From: the human T2T-CHM13v2.0 reference genome, Homo sapiens
Assembly: GCF_009914755.1 (NCBI RefSeq)
Contig: NC_060942.1
Reading direction: 5' to 3' (one strand)
DNA: 64,000 bases
The notes beneath the pieces were generated by a model. It was not told where the DNA came from. It made no database searches and saw only the letters and a program-made list of their open reading frames with translations. Position numbers and translations under genes: made by a program. Shown here piece by piece: positions 16,335 to 34,012 of this stretch (the first letter of the stretch is position 1; the number at the start of each line of letters is the position of its first letter).

Positions 16335-18805
16335 AGGTATCCTATTGGGGGTAATGCTGGTCTCATTATATGAATTTGGAAGTTTTTTTCAGTTTTTTTG
16401 AAGCATTTGAGAAGGATTGCTAGGAATTCTTCTTTAAATATTGCATTTCTATATGCTAGCATGAACTATCCAAAATGGAAAGTAAGGAAACAACTTCATT
16501 TACAACAGCACCAAAAATAATAAAATACTTAGAAATAAACAAAAGAGGTGAAGGACTTTGAGAACAAGTCATTGATAAAAGAAGCTAAAGAAGACACAAA
16601 TAAATGAAAAGATATAGCAAGTTCACAGATTAGAATATTGTTAAATTTAATATTGTTAAAATGTTCATACTACCCAAAGTGATCTACAGATTTAATGCAT
16701 TCCCTATCAAAATTTTGATGACATTTTACCCAGAAATAGAAAAAAAAGTCCTAAAATTTGTATGGAACCAGAAAAAGCCTGAATAGATAAAGTAGTCTTG
16801 AGCAAGAAGAGCAAAGCTGAAGGCATCGCACTTCCTGATTTGAAATTATATTACAAAGCCATCGCTTTGACCTATGGCACTGACCTAAAAACACACACAT
16901 GGACAAAATGGAACAGAATAGAGATCCCAGAAATAAACCCATGCATATATAGTCAACTAATCTTTGACAAAGGTGCTAGGAATACACAATGGGTAAAGTA
17001 TATTCTCTTCAATAAATTGTGTTGAGACAATTGGATAGGTACATGCAAAAACAAACAAACAAACAAAAAAGGACCCTTATCTTATACCACACACAAAAAT
17101 CAACTCAAAATGATCTTAAATGGAAGACCTGAAAATATAAGAATACTAGAAGAAAACGGGGAATGCCCCATGACACTTTTTATTTGGAAAATAATTTTTG
17201 GATATGACTGCAAACGCACAGGCAACAAAAGCAAAAATAGAGAAGTGAGATTACATGAAAGTAAAAAGCATCTGCATAGCAGAGGAAACAACCAAAAGAG
17301 TGAAGAGACAACCAATGGAATGGGAGATAATATTTGCAAGCCATACATCTGATAAGGGGCCCAAATCCAAAATATATAAGGAACTGAAACAAGTCCATAG
17401 TATGAAAACAATCAAATTTAAAAATGGACAAAAGACCTTGATGTGGTTTGGATCTGTGTCCCTGCCCAAATCTCATGTCAAATTATAATCCTCAATGTTG
17501 AAGGTGGGGCCTGGTGGGAGGCGACTGGATCATGAAGGTGGATTTCTCAAGAATGGCTTAGCACCATCCACTTGTGCTGATCTTGTGATAGTGAGTTCTT
17601 GTGAGATCTGGTTGTTTAAAAGTGTGTAGCACCTCCCTTCCCCTCTTGCTCCTGCTCCTGCCATGTAAGATGCCTTGCTCCCCCTTTGCCTCCTGCCGTG
17701 ATTGAAAGTTTCCTGAGGCCTCCCCAGAAGTGGAGCAGATGCCAGCACCATGCTTCCTGTACAGCCTGTGGAACCATGAGCCAATTAAATCTCTTTTCTT
17801 TATAAATTACCCAGTTTCAGGTATTTCTTCATTGCAATGCGGAAATGGACTAATACAGACCTGAGTAGACATTTCTCAGAAGAAGACATACAAATGGCAA
17901 CAGGTGTATGAAAAAATGCTCAACACCGCTAATCATCAGTGAAATGCAAATTAAAACCACAATAAAATATCACCTCACACCCATTACTGTTGATGAAGGT
18001 GTGGAGAAAAGGGAACCTTTGTATACTTTTGCTGGGAATATGATTAGTACAGACATTATGGAAAACAGTATGGAGAGTCCTCAAAATATTGAAAATAGAA
18101 CTATTATATGATCCAGCAATCCCATACTGGGTATTTATCCAAATGAACAAAAGAAACATACTGAAACATATTTCAGTATGTCAAAGAAATATCTGCATTC
18201 CCATGGTCATCCCATCATTATTCATAACAGCTAAGTTATGAAATCAGTCTATCGCTGATAAATGGTTATGAAGTGTCCACCACTGATAAATGGATAAAAA
18301 TAATGTGTTGTATATACAAAATGGAATACTACTCAGCCTTAAAAAAGGAAATCTTTTCATTTGTGACAACATGAATTAACCTGGAAGACATTACGTTAAG
18401 TAAAATAATCCAGGCACAGAAAGACAAGTACTGTAATGGCCTCACTTATATGTGGAATCTACAAAGTTTCATAGCAGCAGAAAGCAGAACAGTGCTTACC
18501 AGGAACAGAGGGTACAGGGTGAGGAGGACAAGGGAGAGGCTGGTCAAAGGGTACAAAGTTCAGTTAGACAGGAGAAATAAATTCAACTTGAGGACCATAA
18601 TTAATAACAATGTGTTGTATACTTGAAAATTACTAAGAGATTAGATTTTTAAGTGCCTTATCACAATAAAAGAGAGATAAACATGTGAGGTAATGCATAT
18701 GTTAATTAGCTCTCTTTAACCATTCCACAATGTATAAATATTTCAAAACATCATGTTTTACCATAAATATATATAATTTTTGTCAATAAAAAATAAATAA
18801 AACAA
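16335..18805 (+). mobile_element. Old L1MA-type element with a short inverted 5' segment
   Basis: Plus-strand ORF2 remnants from about 16440 and an L1MA-type 3'UTR ending tgtcaataaaaaataaataaa. Segment 16335-16440 encodes KEEFLAILLKCFKKTEK on the minus strand (ORF2 [13 protein letters not shown] homologue). Confidence 0.8.
17439..17857 (+). mobile_element. MaLR solo LTR, MSTA-like, nested in the L1MA
   Basis: tgatgtggtttggatctgtgtccc...ggactaataca, 419 bp; perfect TSD GACCT at 17434-17438 and 17858-17862. Confidence 0.92.
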
Positions 18806-19224
18806 CCATTAATGATTACACTTATTTATAAATGTATTTTATTATAAAAATTACTAATTTTACTTTTAGAGGAAACACCTAATCTGTCTATTAATCATAC
18901 ATTTGATAGAGCTACATAAAACTACCAATGGCTGAATACATGCTTTTTGAGGTCTAAGTATATTCTATATAAGTTCTATCCTTGGTGATGGACTCAAAGG
19001 CACATGCAATTCTTATATACAGTTTCGTGGGCTGCATTAAGTTAAACATGGTTATTCCATCAAGTGTGTGGCAATCTAAGCTCTTCCCTGTGAGTACCAG
19101 TGTTTTCACCTGCTCATAAAGGCTCAAATGTCAGCCCTGCTGCTGCTGAGACTTCATAGACACCTGGTAAGAGGCTGCCCAGCTCACTTGAACGACAGGA
19201 TCAAATGGCCTGCCTGTCTATGTT

Positions 19225-19420
19225 ATCCCAGTTTACCACTTACCAGCCATGTGATCTTGAATATTTGTTTGTTCCATCCAAGTGGTAGTTTCCTCATGCG
19301 TAACATGAAGATAATTAGAGTATCCCCATCTTCAGGTTTTCCAAAAGATTAAGTCGACTCGTGTCTATAAACTGCTGCTTAACACAATGTTTGGCACAGA
19401 GTATGCCCTTAATAAAGAGT
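19225..19420 (+). mobile_element. MIR
   Basis: ccacttaccagccatgtgatcttg..gtttcctcatgcgtaacatgaagataat..tggcacagagtatgcccttaataaa. Confidence 0.7.
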
Positions 19421-20014
19421 GTGTATATCTTCTTTTGGGTATACCAGACACTTAAATGTGCTTCCTCAAGGTACTACTGAGCTGGGTCCTCGTGTATTTC
19501 CTGGGGCATTGGGTCATTGCCTGAGAAAACCACCTCCTGCCAAACCTTGTGGTGAGACAGAAGAGCACCAGTTACACAGAGCAGGGAAGGGCCGTCCATG
19601 CTGGTTTCGTCTGCTCCCCACTGCCTGGTTGCTCACGCTCACTGCCTCTATCCATCAGTCAAAGCACGACCATGCTTGGCCTTGGCCTGCTTCACAGAGG
19701 TGCCTTGAGAAGGAAGGAAAAGAGTACTGGAGTTGTGCTTAGAGCTCACTGGAATATGTGCTTCTATAAATTCAAGACATGACACCAATTAAAATCCATA
19801 TTTAGAAAACCCTCATTGTCAATATGTTCATCCCACAAATTTGTGATTCCTTATGCAGAGCCATGAAGCACTCCCGGCCTTCTCTGCTGTTTGTTTCAGT
19901 TGGCAAGCTGGCCTCTACCCAACAACTACGAGGGAAGATTTGCTTTCAACTGATAAGACAACAGCAACATTACCACCCATCCCTGAAGTGAAGCATGCTT
20001 TTCCCAGACCATTA

Positions 20015-20328
20015 CAGTTGGCCCTCTGTGTACATGGGTTCCACATGCATGGATTCAGATAAAAAAGCAGAGTTGTGTCTGTACTGTACATGTACATACA
20101 TATGTCTTTTCCTTGTCATTATTCCCTAAACAATATAGCATACGACTACTTGCATAGCATTTGCATTAAAGTATTATAATCTAGAGATAATTTAAGGCAT
20201 ATGGGAAGATATGCATAAGTTATATGCAAATACTATGCCATTTTGTATGAGGGACTGGAGCATCTGTGGATTTTGTTGTCTGCTGGAGATCCTGGAACCA
20301 AACCACTACAGTTACTGAGTGATGACTG
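20015..20328 (+). mobile_element. MER2-like TcMar-Tigger non-autonomous DNA transposon
   Basis: Starts cagttggccctctgtg, ends gatgactg (degenerate TIRs); flanked by TA at 20013-20014 and 20329-20330. Orientation uncertain. Confidence 0.85.
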
Positions 20329-23300
20329 TATTTTCTCATAGAATGATGTTCTTAATCCTAGAGTGATACCCCTTGGGTGGGATATGCTGGAGAATTAATC
20401 ATTGTAATAAGATCTTGAGATCTTATTTAGTTACAAAGCTATCTGATTTTTAAAAAATTTATGGTTACACAGCTATCTGATTTTCAAAAATTCTTTATGT
20501 TGGCTTGTGGTAGTGGCTTATCGTAACACAAAACATAGTTTCCAAACACGTCACAGTACAGCACAACAGAGGAATTAATTAAAGACCCAATAAGCCATAG
20601 GAAGTGGGCAGCCAGTGTTGGGGTTACGGGTTGCGTGTGGTCAGGCAGTCAGCCCATGCAGTAGCTACTGGGTGATGGTACTGTGGCTCTTCCAGGGAAG
20701 CAGCCCTCCCAGACTCTTTCAGTCTCTCTGTATGATCTCTGACACGAGGCTTGGAGGTTGAGCTTTTACGAGCCTGTTGGGTAGCCATCTGCAAGATCAC
20801 ACAGGCATGGGAGGACTGGGCAGAGAGACACTGTCATCTGCTTCAGAATTGTGCTTCAAGAGAATGACGTCAACAAAGTCACAGAGGAGGCAGTGTCAAT
20901 CTCCCATTCTCCCACAGAAACACTGCCAAAGAAGAAACTGCAGAACCAGCTTTGTCTGAATGGTGGAAAACAATCGCTGGTTACAGTAACCAATTGAATG
21001 CTGAACAAAGGAAGTCAACTTAAAAACAGAAGGAAAGATAAGAAGAAGAACACCAGCAAAGTGACACAGTAGATGGCCTGCTGTGCCCTCCACAGAAACA
21101 TTGAAAAACTAGCAGAAATGGTCAGACCCAACTTTGTGAGAACCCTGAAAAAGTCAAAGGTAAAGCCATGAAACACACTGAATCAAGGGATATTTTAAAC
21201 TCTTCAGTATTTTTAACTTTTGACTGTAATTAATGATGCCAAATATGATAAGATGTTTCCAGATATGGTGTCTTAGAACTTGTTTAAATAATGGTTACAA
21301 TATAATCCCCATGAATGTATACTATTGAAATGAAGTATTTTAAATTCAATTATGTACCGGCTAAAAGCTATGGTTTATTTTTAGGTACTTTAAAAATGTT
21401 CAATAAGGCAAAGCCTATCACTCCCCAATGGAATATGTATTCAACAGTGTACATCATGAACTTTTTATTACATATTATTATTACAAACATATTACATATT
21501 ACACTATCAGATGGAAAATAGGCCATTGTCTGGGAGGTTTTAGGTGATCACACTAAGTCTTCATATTTTTAGGCTTCCTTCCCTTTCTCTAAGGACAGAA
21601 TAACGACAGTGTCACTAACGATGTAAATTCCACCAGATCATTATCAACGTGACTTTTTAAATTCAGTACGGAAAATAATTTCATGAAACTCTGGGATAGA
21701 AGGCCAGATAACAGATAATCAAGGCAACTTCTGCTAGGCTTAAATGAACAGATCTGAGACCTTATGCACAAGGTCAGAAATCCCAGTCTGTCCAAGTAGG
21801 ACTGTCTGACTGATGGTCAAGCTGTGGGAAGAGGATCTGAAGTCTATCTGCACAATGTTCATGTGTACTTTTTTTTCTTGGAGTAAAATCATAGTAAAGG
21901 TTGAAATATTTCATCGTTTATTTTAGTTCACTATTGCTAGAACACAGGAGATCCATTATCAGACTTAAGATTTCAACTTAAAAATCATGCACGGGACTCA
22001 GAATTTACTGTCATGTGTTTTCTTTTTTCTTTTCTATGGTTTCACAATATCACCTATCATAAGCTCAAAAATGTAAAGCCTTGAGCCTCAAATAAATGGC
22101 AAACTGGGTCCTTTGGGTGTGTTTGAAAGGAAGTTTTGACACGCAGCTCTGATAGTGGCCATCATCCCAAAGACTCTTGTCAAAATATCCAGTAGCGAAA
22201 TATTTCTCACCAACTGTCGTAAGCCATCACTTTCAGCCAGGCTCAGGAAGTGCTGAGAGCCTGGGAAGCTAAGGATAAATGGAGTATGTGGCAAGTACTA
22301 GTGAAGACAGGTGCCAACACCTGCTTCCTAGTGTGATCCATCCTTGGTTGTTCAGAAAAAGGAAGAAATGCATTGCTCTCAATGACAAAATCACCGAGCA
22401 CTCACAATGTGTATTATATGCCAGATCTTACAGTGGAAACACTTACTAGCATTTCTACCTCACTACTAATTTTGACACTCTAGCAGTCTCTGGTGGTTTG
22501 CATTGTTCCAAATATAGATTGATTTTCTTTGCAGAAAATTCCAGAAACATGATTTGGAGAGAATGGAAGAGGGATTTCCTCAGCTGAATCTGGAGGGAGA
22601 GCAGGGACAATGTGTAGAAATGTGTCTGGGCACAACTCTCTTCAAAATTCAAGACTTTCCAAAGGAAACCCCCTTGATGGACAGGACTCCAGACAGAAGT
22701 AAACTGTGCTGGTAACTTATGGAATCAAAACACATTTCTACATTTGCTTTGAGCCTGCCTAGCTCAACAGGGCCAGCAGAGCCTGGAACCTGTTTGAGCT
22801 GCTCCTGGCACACAGAGACATGTATTTCCTTTGACCTTTGACCATCATTGCCAGAACAGATTGTAATAATGGTTGTGGTCTCACCTGAGTTGTATAGTGA
22901 GGGTAATTGTTCAAACTATTGCCAGGGCAGACAGACCTGTCTCTTCGATGGTCACAAATCAGCTGATCATAGAGGCGAAGGGGATAGCTGGAGCTTTCCA
23001 TTTTCATATTTATTCTCTTTGAAGTTTCTTAACTATATCTTGTTATTGCAGCAACCTCAAGACAGAGCCAAGGAAGAGGATCTTCCAAGCACATTCAGTT
23101 TTATGTTAAGTGGCTTAGTGATCTCCCAACAACCCACCTCCGAACCTGACACTGACCTGACCAACTTTAGGATCCTCATATCAGAAATCTGGTCAGATAG
23201 TGCATAAGAGACTCTCATCTGCCATCCAAGACCAAGAAGAAAAAATGAGATGGATTGGGGAAAGAATAAGAAGAGAGACTGAGATGAGGAGTGACTTAAA

Positions 23301-23779
23301 GATGGACCAAGGCAGAGATGAAGTTTAGAGCCATTGTGTAGTACAATTTTTTATAGACAGTAAGAACCTGTAGTCAGTAAATGCTGAATTTATGAACATT
23401 CTCATTTCATTTCCCCACGATAGAAAACTGAACGAGAGTATTGAAAATCTTTATTTTATACACATTCAACCCAAAATGTTGTATATGACCAAAGTTGCAG
23501 AGATGACATAGTTAACTTACATGTTTTTACATATGGCTACATTTATATTATCCATAATAGAAGTGAGAAGCAATCTGAGTAGCACCAAGCAATAAAAACA
23601 AACAAACAAACAAAGAACTTTCACTTTGGAATGCAATCAAGCAAGCAGCCACGTTTGCCATTTCCATGCCTGGCCTGGACTCTTTCCTAGGCCAAGCCTT
23701 TGGTCTGTTTCACTAGGACTCTCCCAAGTAATGGTAGGAAGAAAGTTCCAGCCTTCAAGGGAATTCATATTGCACCTAA

Positions 23780-24148
<369 letters not shown>

Positions 24149-24235
24149 TAAATATATTATGCAAAAATAAGGCATTCTCTGATTTGAGGACCCCCAGAGT
24201 GGGTTATGCATTTTCTCGTCACTAGATCAAGGCTG

Positions 24236-25158
24236 TGATGTGGAGGAATTCGATGAGAAAGGAAAAGGCAGAGAGTGGAACATGAATGTGGCCCAGCATC
24301 TCAGGCCAGCTGAATTCCAGGCTACTACAAACAAAAGACTGTGCTAGTCACCGGGGATATAGTGGTGAAAAAAAGTAATGTCTCTGGTTTCATGAAGCTT
24401 ATATTCTATTAGATGGAGACGACAAATAAATATATAAGTAAAAGATACAGTAAATAGGATGGGGTGCATGTCATGTAGAGAATGAAGCAGGGTGTGGAAG
24501 CTGGGCATGCGGCTGATGTGTATGCTGCCTTGTGTTGGATGGCCATGGAGGGCTTCGGAAGTGAGCTGGCATCTGCTCAGAGACCTAAAATAAGTGAGGA
24601 GATGGGCCACATGGCTATGGGGGAAGGAGCTTTCCAGATAGTGGGAAGGAAAGTACAAAGGTGCAAAGGAGGGAGAATGCGGGTGTGACTGAAGGACAGC
24701 GAGGTAACTGCAGCTGAACAGTTGAAAACAGGGTGGTAGGAAATTAGCTTAGAGAGGTAGGGGGTGGTCAACCGTATCAGGTTGTTTAAGGCATTTTAAA
24801 ACCATAGCTTTTAGTTGATGTGAAACAGGAAGACACTGGAAGCCCTCCGTGGCCATCCAACACAAGGCAGCATACACATCAGCCGCATGCCCAGCTCCCA
24901 CACCCTGTTTCATTCCCTACATTACACGCACCCCATCCTATTTACTGTATCTTTTACTTATATATTTATTTGTCGTCTCCATCTAATAGAATATAAGCTT
25001 CATGAAACCAGAGACATTATTTTTTTTCACCACTATATCCCCGGTGACTAGCACAGTCTTTTGTTTGCAGTAGCCTGGAATTCAGCTGGCCTGAGATGCT
25101 GGGCCACATTCATGCTTCACTCTCTGCCTTTCCTTTCTCATCGAATTCCTCTACATCA
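24236..25158. repeat. Long inverted repeat: arms 24236-24556 and 24839-25158, 282-bp spacer
   Basis: Manual alignment gives about 11 substitutions and one 1-bp indel over about 320 bp (~96%). Confidence 0.97.
24335..24838 (-). mobile_element. L2 3' fragment spanning the left IR arm and the spacer
   Basis: L2a-like motifs (gaagcttatattcta, cagagacctaaaataagtgagg, gggggaaggagctttccag) run colinearly across 24556/24557. Confidence 0.75.
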
Positions 25159-25159
25159 T

Positions 25160-25399
25160 GTCTTTCCCATGCTATTCTCGTGATAGTGAATAAGTCTCAC
25201 GAGATCTAATGGGTTTATCAGGGGTTTCTGCTTTTGCTTCATCCTCATTCTCTCTTGCGCCGCCACATAAGAAGTACCGTTCGCCTCCCGCCATGATTCT
25301 GAGGCCTCCCCAGCCATGTGGAACTGTAAGTCCAATTAAACCTCTTTCTTCCCAGTCTCGGGTATGTCTTTATCGGCAGCATGAAAACGGACTAATACA
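25160..25399 (+). mobile_element. 5'-truncated THE1A-like MaLR LTR
   Basis: tctttcccatgctattctcgtgatagtgaataagtctcacgagatct...gaaaacggactaataca; roughly the first 100 bp of the LTR are absent. Confidence 0.88.
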
Positions 25400-28294
25400 G
25401 TTATCATCGGTTAGAAATCCCATGTGTTAGGTGCACATATTTGTGTATCTCAGACCCTCCAGGGCTTAGAGAGCATGAGTAAAAATTGGAGCGGGATGAA
25501 GTAAGATCAAGTACTTTAGAGGCCTTTGAGAGGCACGGGGGTAATGGAGATGCTGGAGGGATCATTCACCCCAACACTGGACTTTGCCCTAAACCAGACC
25601 CGTATGTGTGTGTGATGGCAATGAAACAGGAGACTCCTGGGCTGTGCAGGAATTCCCAGGTTGGCTGAGACAGACACCCGGCAGTGGGCGTGGGGCCTGT
25701 CAAGGCAGATTGTCTAGCTCAGGTTCGGCTGGAGCTGAGCTCTGTTGTGTATGCTGTGATCCCAGGGCGGAGGAGTATCTCCAAGATGGGAATTTTTAGT
25801 GTGCATCCCATGGTTTCTCCTGGCCACACCCATGCAATCCAGAGCTTTAACCCCTGACGGGGACATGATTCAGTCAGCCACTGGGAAGGAACTAGAGAAA
25901 GCCTATTCGCAGGGTCTGGGAGTCTTCAGACCTGTCTTTGTGAGGACAACATGAAGGATCCATCCAGTGAGCGTAACTGATTTGGCTGGGTTGACTTGGC
26001 CTTGTAAAAGGAGAGGAAAAATCCTTGGAGGTGTCAGTGAAGATGGTGATCAGGGCATGTGAGAATAGCTCAGGGGCAGTGGGCAAGAATGTTGAGCAGA
26101 GGGCTTGGGATTGTGGCAAAATCTGGAAACAGAGTAATAAGATTATTGGCAGAAACTCAGACCAGAGAGAAGGTACTGATACCAAGAGCGTTGCTGAGGG
26201 TAGTTCAAGGACATAAAGCTAGGAAATGCCATGCAGGAAGTCAAGCCCAGATTCAACTGGCCACAAGGCTGGTGTCTTCCCGTCACACGGCGCTCCTTCT
26301 GGACTTTAGGTTGATACGTTTGAATGGAGCAGAGGGCAGGTGACTAATGGGATATAGAGAGAGACAAGTAAGGGCTCTGCTGTGGACAATCATGTGTCTA
26401 GCTAAGGAATTTAGGGAACTGCTCAGGTTTTATGAGCCAAGGGATAATTTGTAGTATGGTGTGACAAGGAGAAGGATCTGCAGAAACATGCAGGATGAAT
26501 TCATGCAGGGAAAGATTCAACATGGAGACTATTACAGCAGAATCAAAGCCTGTGAAGAGAAAAGTAATTGCATGCTCATAAACTAATTGCACCATTGACA
26601 ATAAGGCAGAAATAGATATCGTTACTTATTTTTTAAAATAAAAAGCTGTACAAAGAATCAATGACACTTGAAAAAAAGTGAAGCTGGCAATGCTTGCTCT
26701 TTCCTCTCATTAAACCCAAAGTCATTTCAAAATCCCGAGGAACAGTGTCCTTGGAGATTTTTCTTTGAATCCCTTTACCCAAATCCCAAGTAGCAGGTGA
26801 ACAAAGATTTTTCACTTCATAAAAGGCAATCTTCGGCTAATAGTTTCTCTTTTTTTTGAAGATGTCTTTGATGTAAGAGCAGATGCCACTGGTTTTATAT
26901 GAGACCAGCTGAAATAATAAATAATTTCTCAAGGTCCTTTAATTGGAATAAGGCTTAATTTCCTCCTCCATGAATATATCAGAAAATGAACTTCCCCGAA
27001 AGATCTAGTTAATTATTAATAAATTGAACAGAGTGTAAGTTATTGAAGAGCAATTCTGATTTATCCAAACATACACCTAATAATTCCTTTCAAAACTGGC
27101 TAGAATCAGGGACATACTAAACATTCAAGATTTACAGTACTGTGTACCTGGCCTTGTGGTATTCTTTGAACTAAATCAAATTTTTTGGTGTCAAACAATA
27201 AATGAATTTGATGTTTATTTGAAAAAAATCATTTTTATTGAAAGATACTTTAATACTAACTGTAGTGGAAAAATACCTAGATTTTTTATTAGAAAACTCT
27301 TAAGACTGCTCCTATCCTTCTGTGAAAACACACATCCTCTAAAATCAGTATTTTAATGATATGGCAAAGTTGCAAGACTGTTAATGGGAACAAAGTTTCT
27401 ACTCATTCTTTTGTCTGTTTTGGTTAGCATTGCTTTTTGTGGGGTCTGAAGTTTTCCCATAAATCATATAGTTCCACAAATCATGTAGTTTCCAGTGGGT
27501 ACTTTCAAATATGCTACCTAAGCCTCCTGGCCATGGAGTTGGATCAGGACCCACTTGGACCAAACAGATTATCCTATGCCCCAACCATAGTGATTGACTC
27601 AGATTGGCCCCGCTGAGCCAATCCCAATCTTTCCTGGGATTTCTCTAATTTACTAGTGAAAAAGAGCCGTCCACCCTCCAAACTGACACCTATACTTTCA
27701 GCTATCTGTGACTATGGCTTTAGCTGAATGTGTACAACTGACCTAAGAAAATGAAGCAAAAGGCAGACAGAAGACAGAAGCAGCAACAAGACACAACACG
27801 AGGTGTGCAGCACCCTGGGGTCAGCTAGAACCACCCCTGTTCTGTTGGTAGCCTGGCTGTGCGAGTCAGTATATTCTGGTTGGTTTTTGCTCCCAGACCA
27901 GGTCCGATGAGGAGGAGCCCTCATCAGACAAGATCCTCTCCCACTGCACGCCATTCATAAATGCCCAAAGGAATACAGAGGCTTAGTCTGGGCGTGACTC
28001 CCTCTGGGTTGAGGCTCTGACAGTGAGACAGAGTTCCCCGCCCTCACAGGACTTTCCTTAGCGATTATGAACTTGTCACTTCTGAAGATTTTAAGACAGG
28101 GATCCAAAATAACCCTACAAAATAGGCTGGTGTTGTATGAAGTGCTTTCAAAAATTAAATTTAGATCATGAATTTTCCAGAGAACCCCCTAGAAGTGAGG
28201 GGTCATTTTAAGCTGACGTCTGTATCCTTTTGATGTGTCCCCACTATTATTATTATTGTAATAATTATTAGTTTAAACACTTAGTTGCTTGCAT

Positions 28295-28450
28295 CACTCA
28301 GTGTCCCAGACTCACCTTGAATTCTCCCTTCCTAGGCTCTGGAATCAGCTGTTTCCTCCAAGGAGCCCAGTTTATTCAGTTGAAAATGAGATTTAGAAAC
28401 CAAGGCCTGGATGTTAGGTGTGCTCATTGGTACTGGGTGGTCATTGTGCC
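28295..28450 (-). mobile_element. Old L1MC 3' fragment
   Basis: ctggaatcagctgtttcctccaaggagccc..tttagaaaccaaggcctggatgttaggtgtgctcattg resembles the L1MC4/5 3' end. Confidence 0.55.
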
Positions 28451-29300
28451 TATTCCCTTGTGGGTGTCTCCTCACCACACCTGAGCTGTGACACGTGCCC
28501 TCTGCCTCACCTCACCTGGCTTTGGCATTCCAGTCCAGGCCTGCACCTTCCACATGGCTTCTCTTTGCTCCTTGAAGGGCTCTGACACCAGCCCTGGGCC
28601 ACTGCCAACACCAAATTCTGATGGCTCTGGCTTACACTGGGCTGCACAGACACCCTTGTCACCCTGCTTGGCTCTGTGGGCTCTGACAGCCCATGCTAGG
28701 CCATCTGTACCTGGTGGCAGTTTGCAAACTCCACTAGCTTAGGAGAGGGGTCAGTGATAGTGGCGCAGCTCTCAACAGAGGGCATGCACGTGATGGGAGT
28801 GTCTTGTATCATTCAGATAATGAGGGCCACATACAAATGAATAACCAACAAATTCCATGTTCAGAAATGGCTTTCCAGCGCTCATATCTAATTGGGTGGT
28901 TACTCTGCTTCTCATTTTTAAAGTATTAGAATATCCAGATCTGTTCAAGTAACCAAAGAAAATTTTTTCCATGAGATATAAAGGGTACTCCTATAAGTTA
29001 AATTGGCTTATAAGGAAGTGTATGGTGTTTAAAATTCAAAATGTTCAGAAAAATACTGACAGATCAACTTTACCATGGAGAATTCTTAGTATAAAATAAC
29101 TTATTTCATGTGAAGATGCCAGATAGATAAGATTACGAAGTCCTGAAAATGCCTTTTCTTCTTCCACTGCTATTCTTTTTTAAAAAATAATCTTACTTTC
29201 CATTTTTAAAATAATTTTCATTATAAAATTAAAAAATTATTAGTAAAATTTAAAAAAACAATTTCCCATAAATCTCCATGAGGCAATTGGAAAGTTTCTC

Positions 29301-29356
29301 TTGTTTTTTTTGAGACAGAGTCTAACTCTGTCACCTAGGCTGGAGTGCAGTGGCGC
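29301..29356 (-). mobile_element. Alu 3'-terminal fragment (about 45 bp plus tail)
   Basis: tttttttgagacagagtctaactctgtcacctaggctggagtgcagtggcgc, then an abrupt switch to L1. Confidence 0.88.
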
Positions 29357-33851
<4,495 letters not shown>

Positions 33852-33887
33852 CAGAGTAAACATTCTTATAGTTAAAGTGTTGTAACT

Positions 33888-34012
33888 GGCCAGGCATGGT
33901 GGCTTATACCTGTAATACCAGCACCTCAGGAGGCCGAGACAGGAGGATTGCTGGAGTCCAGGAGTTCAAGACCAGCCTAGCAACATATGAAGACCCTGTC
34001 TCTACAAAAAAG
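33888..34012 (+). mobile_element. Alu left monomer (FLAM-like)
   Basis: ggccaggcatggtggcttatacctgtaat...gaccctgtctctacaaaaaa with no right arm. Confidence 0.8.
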
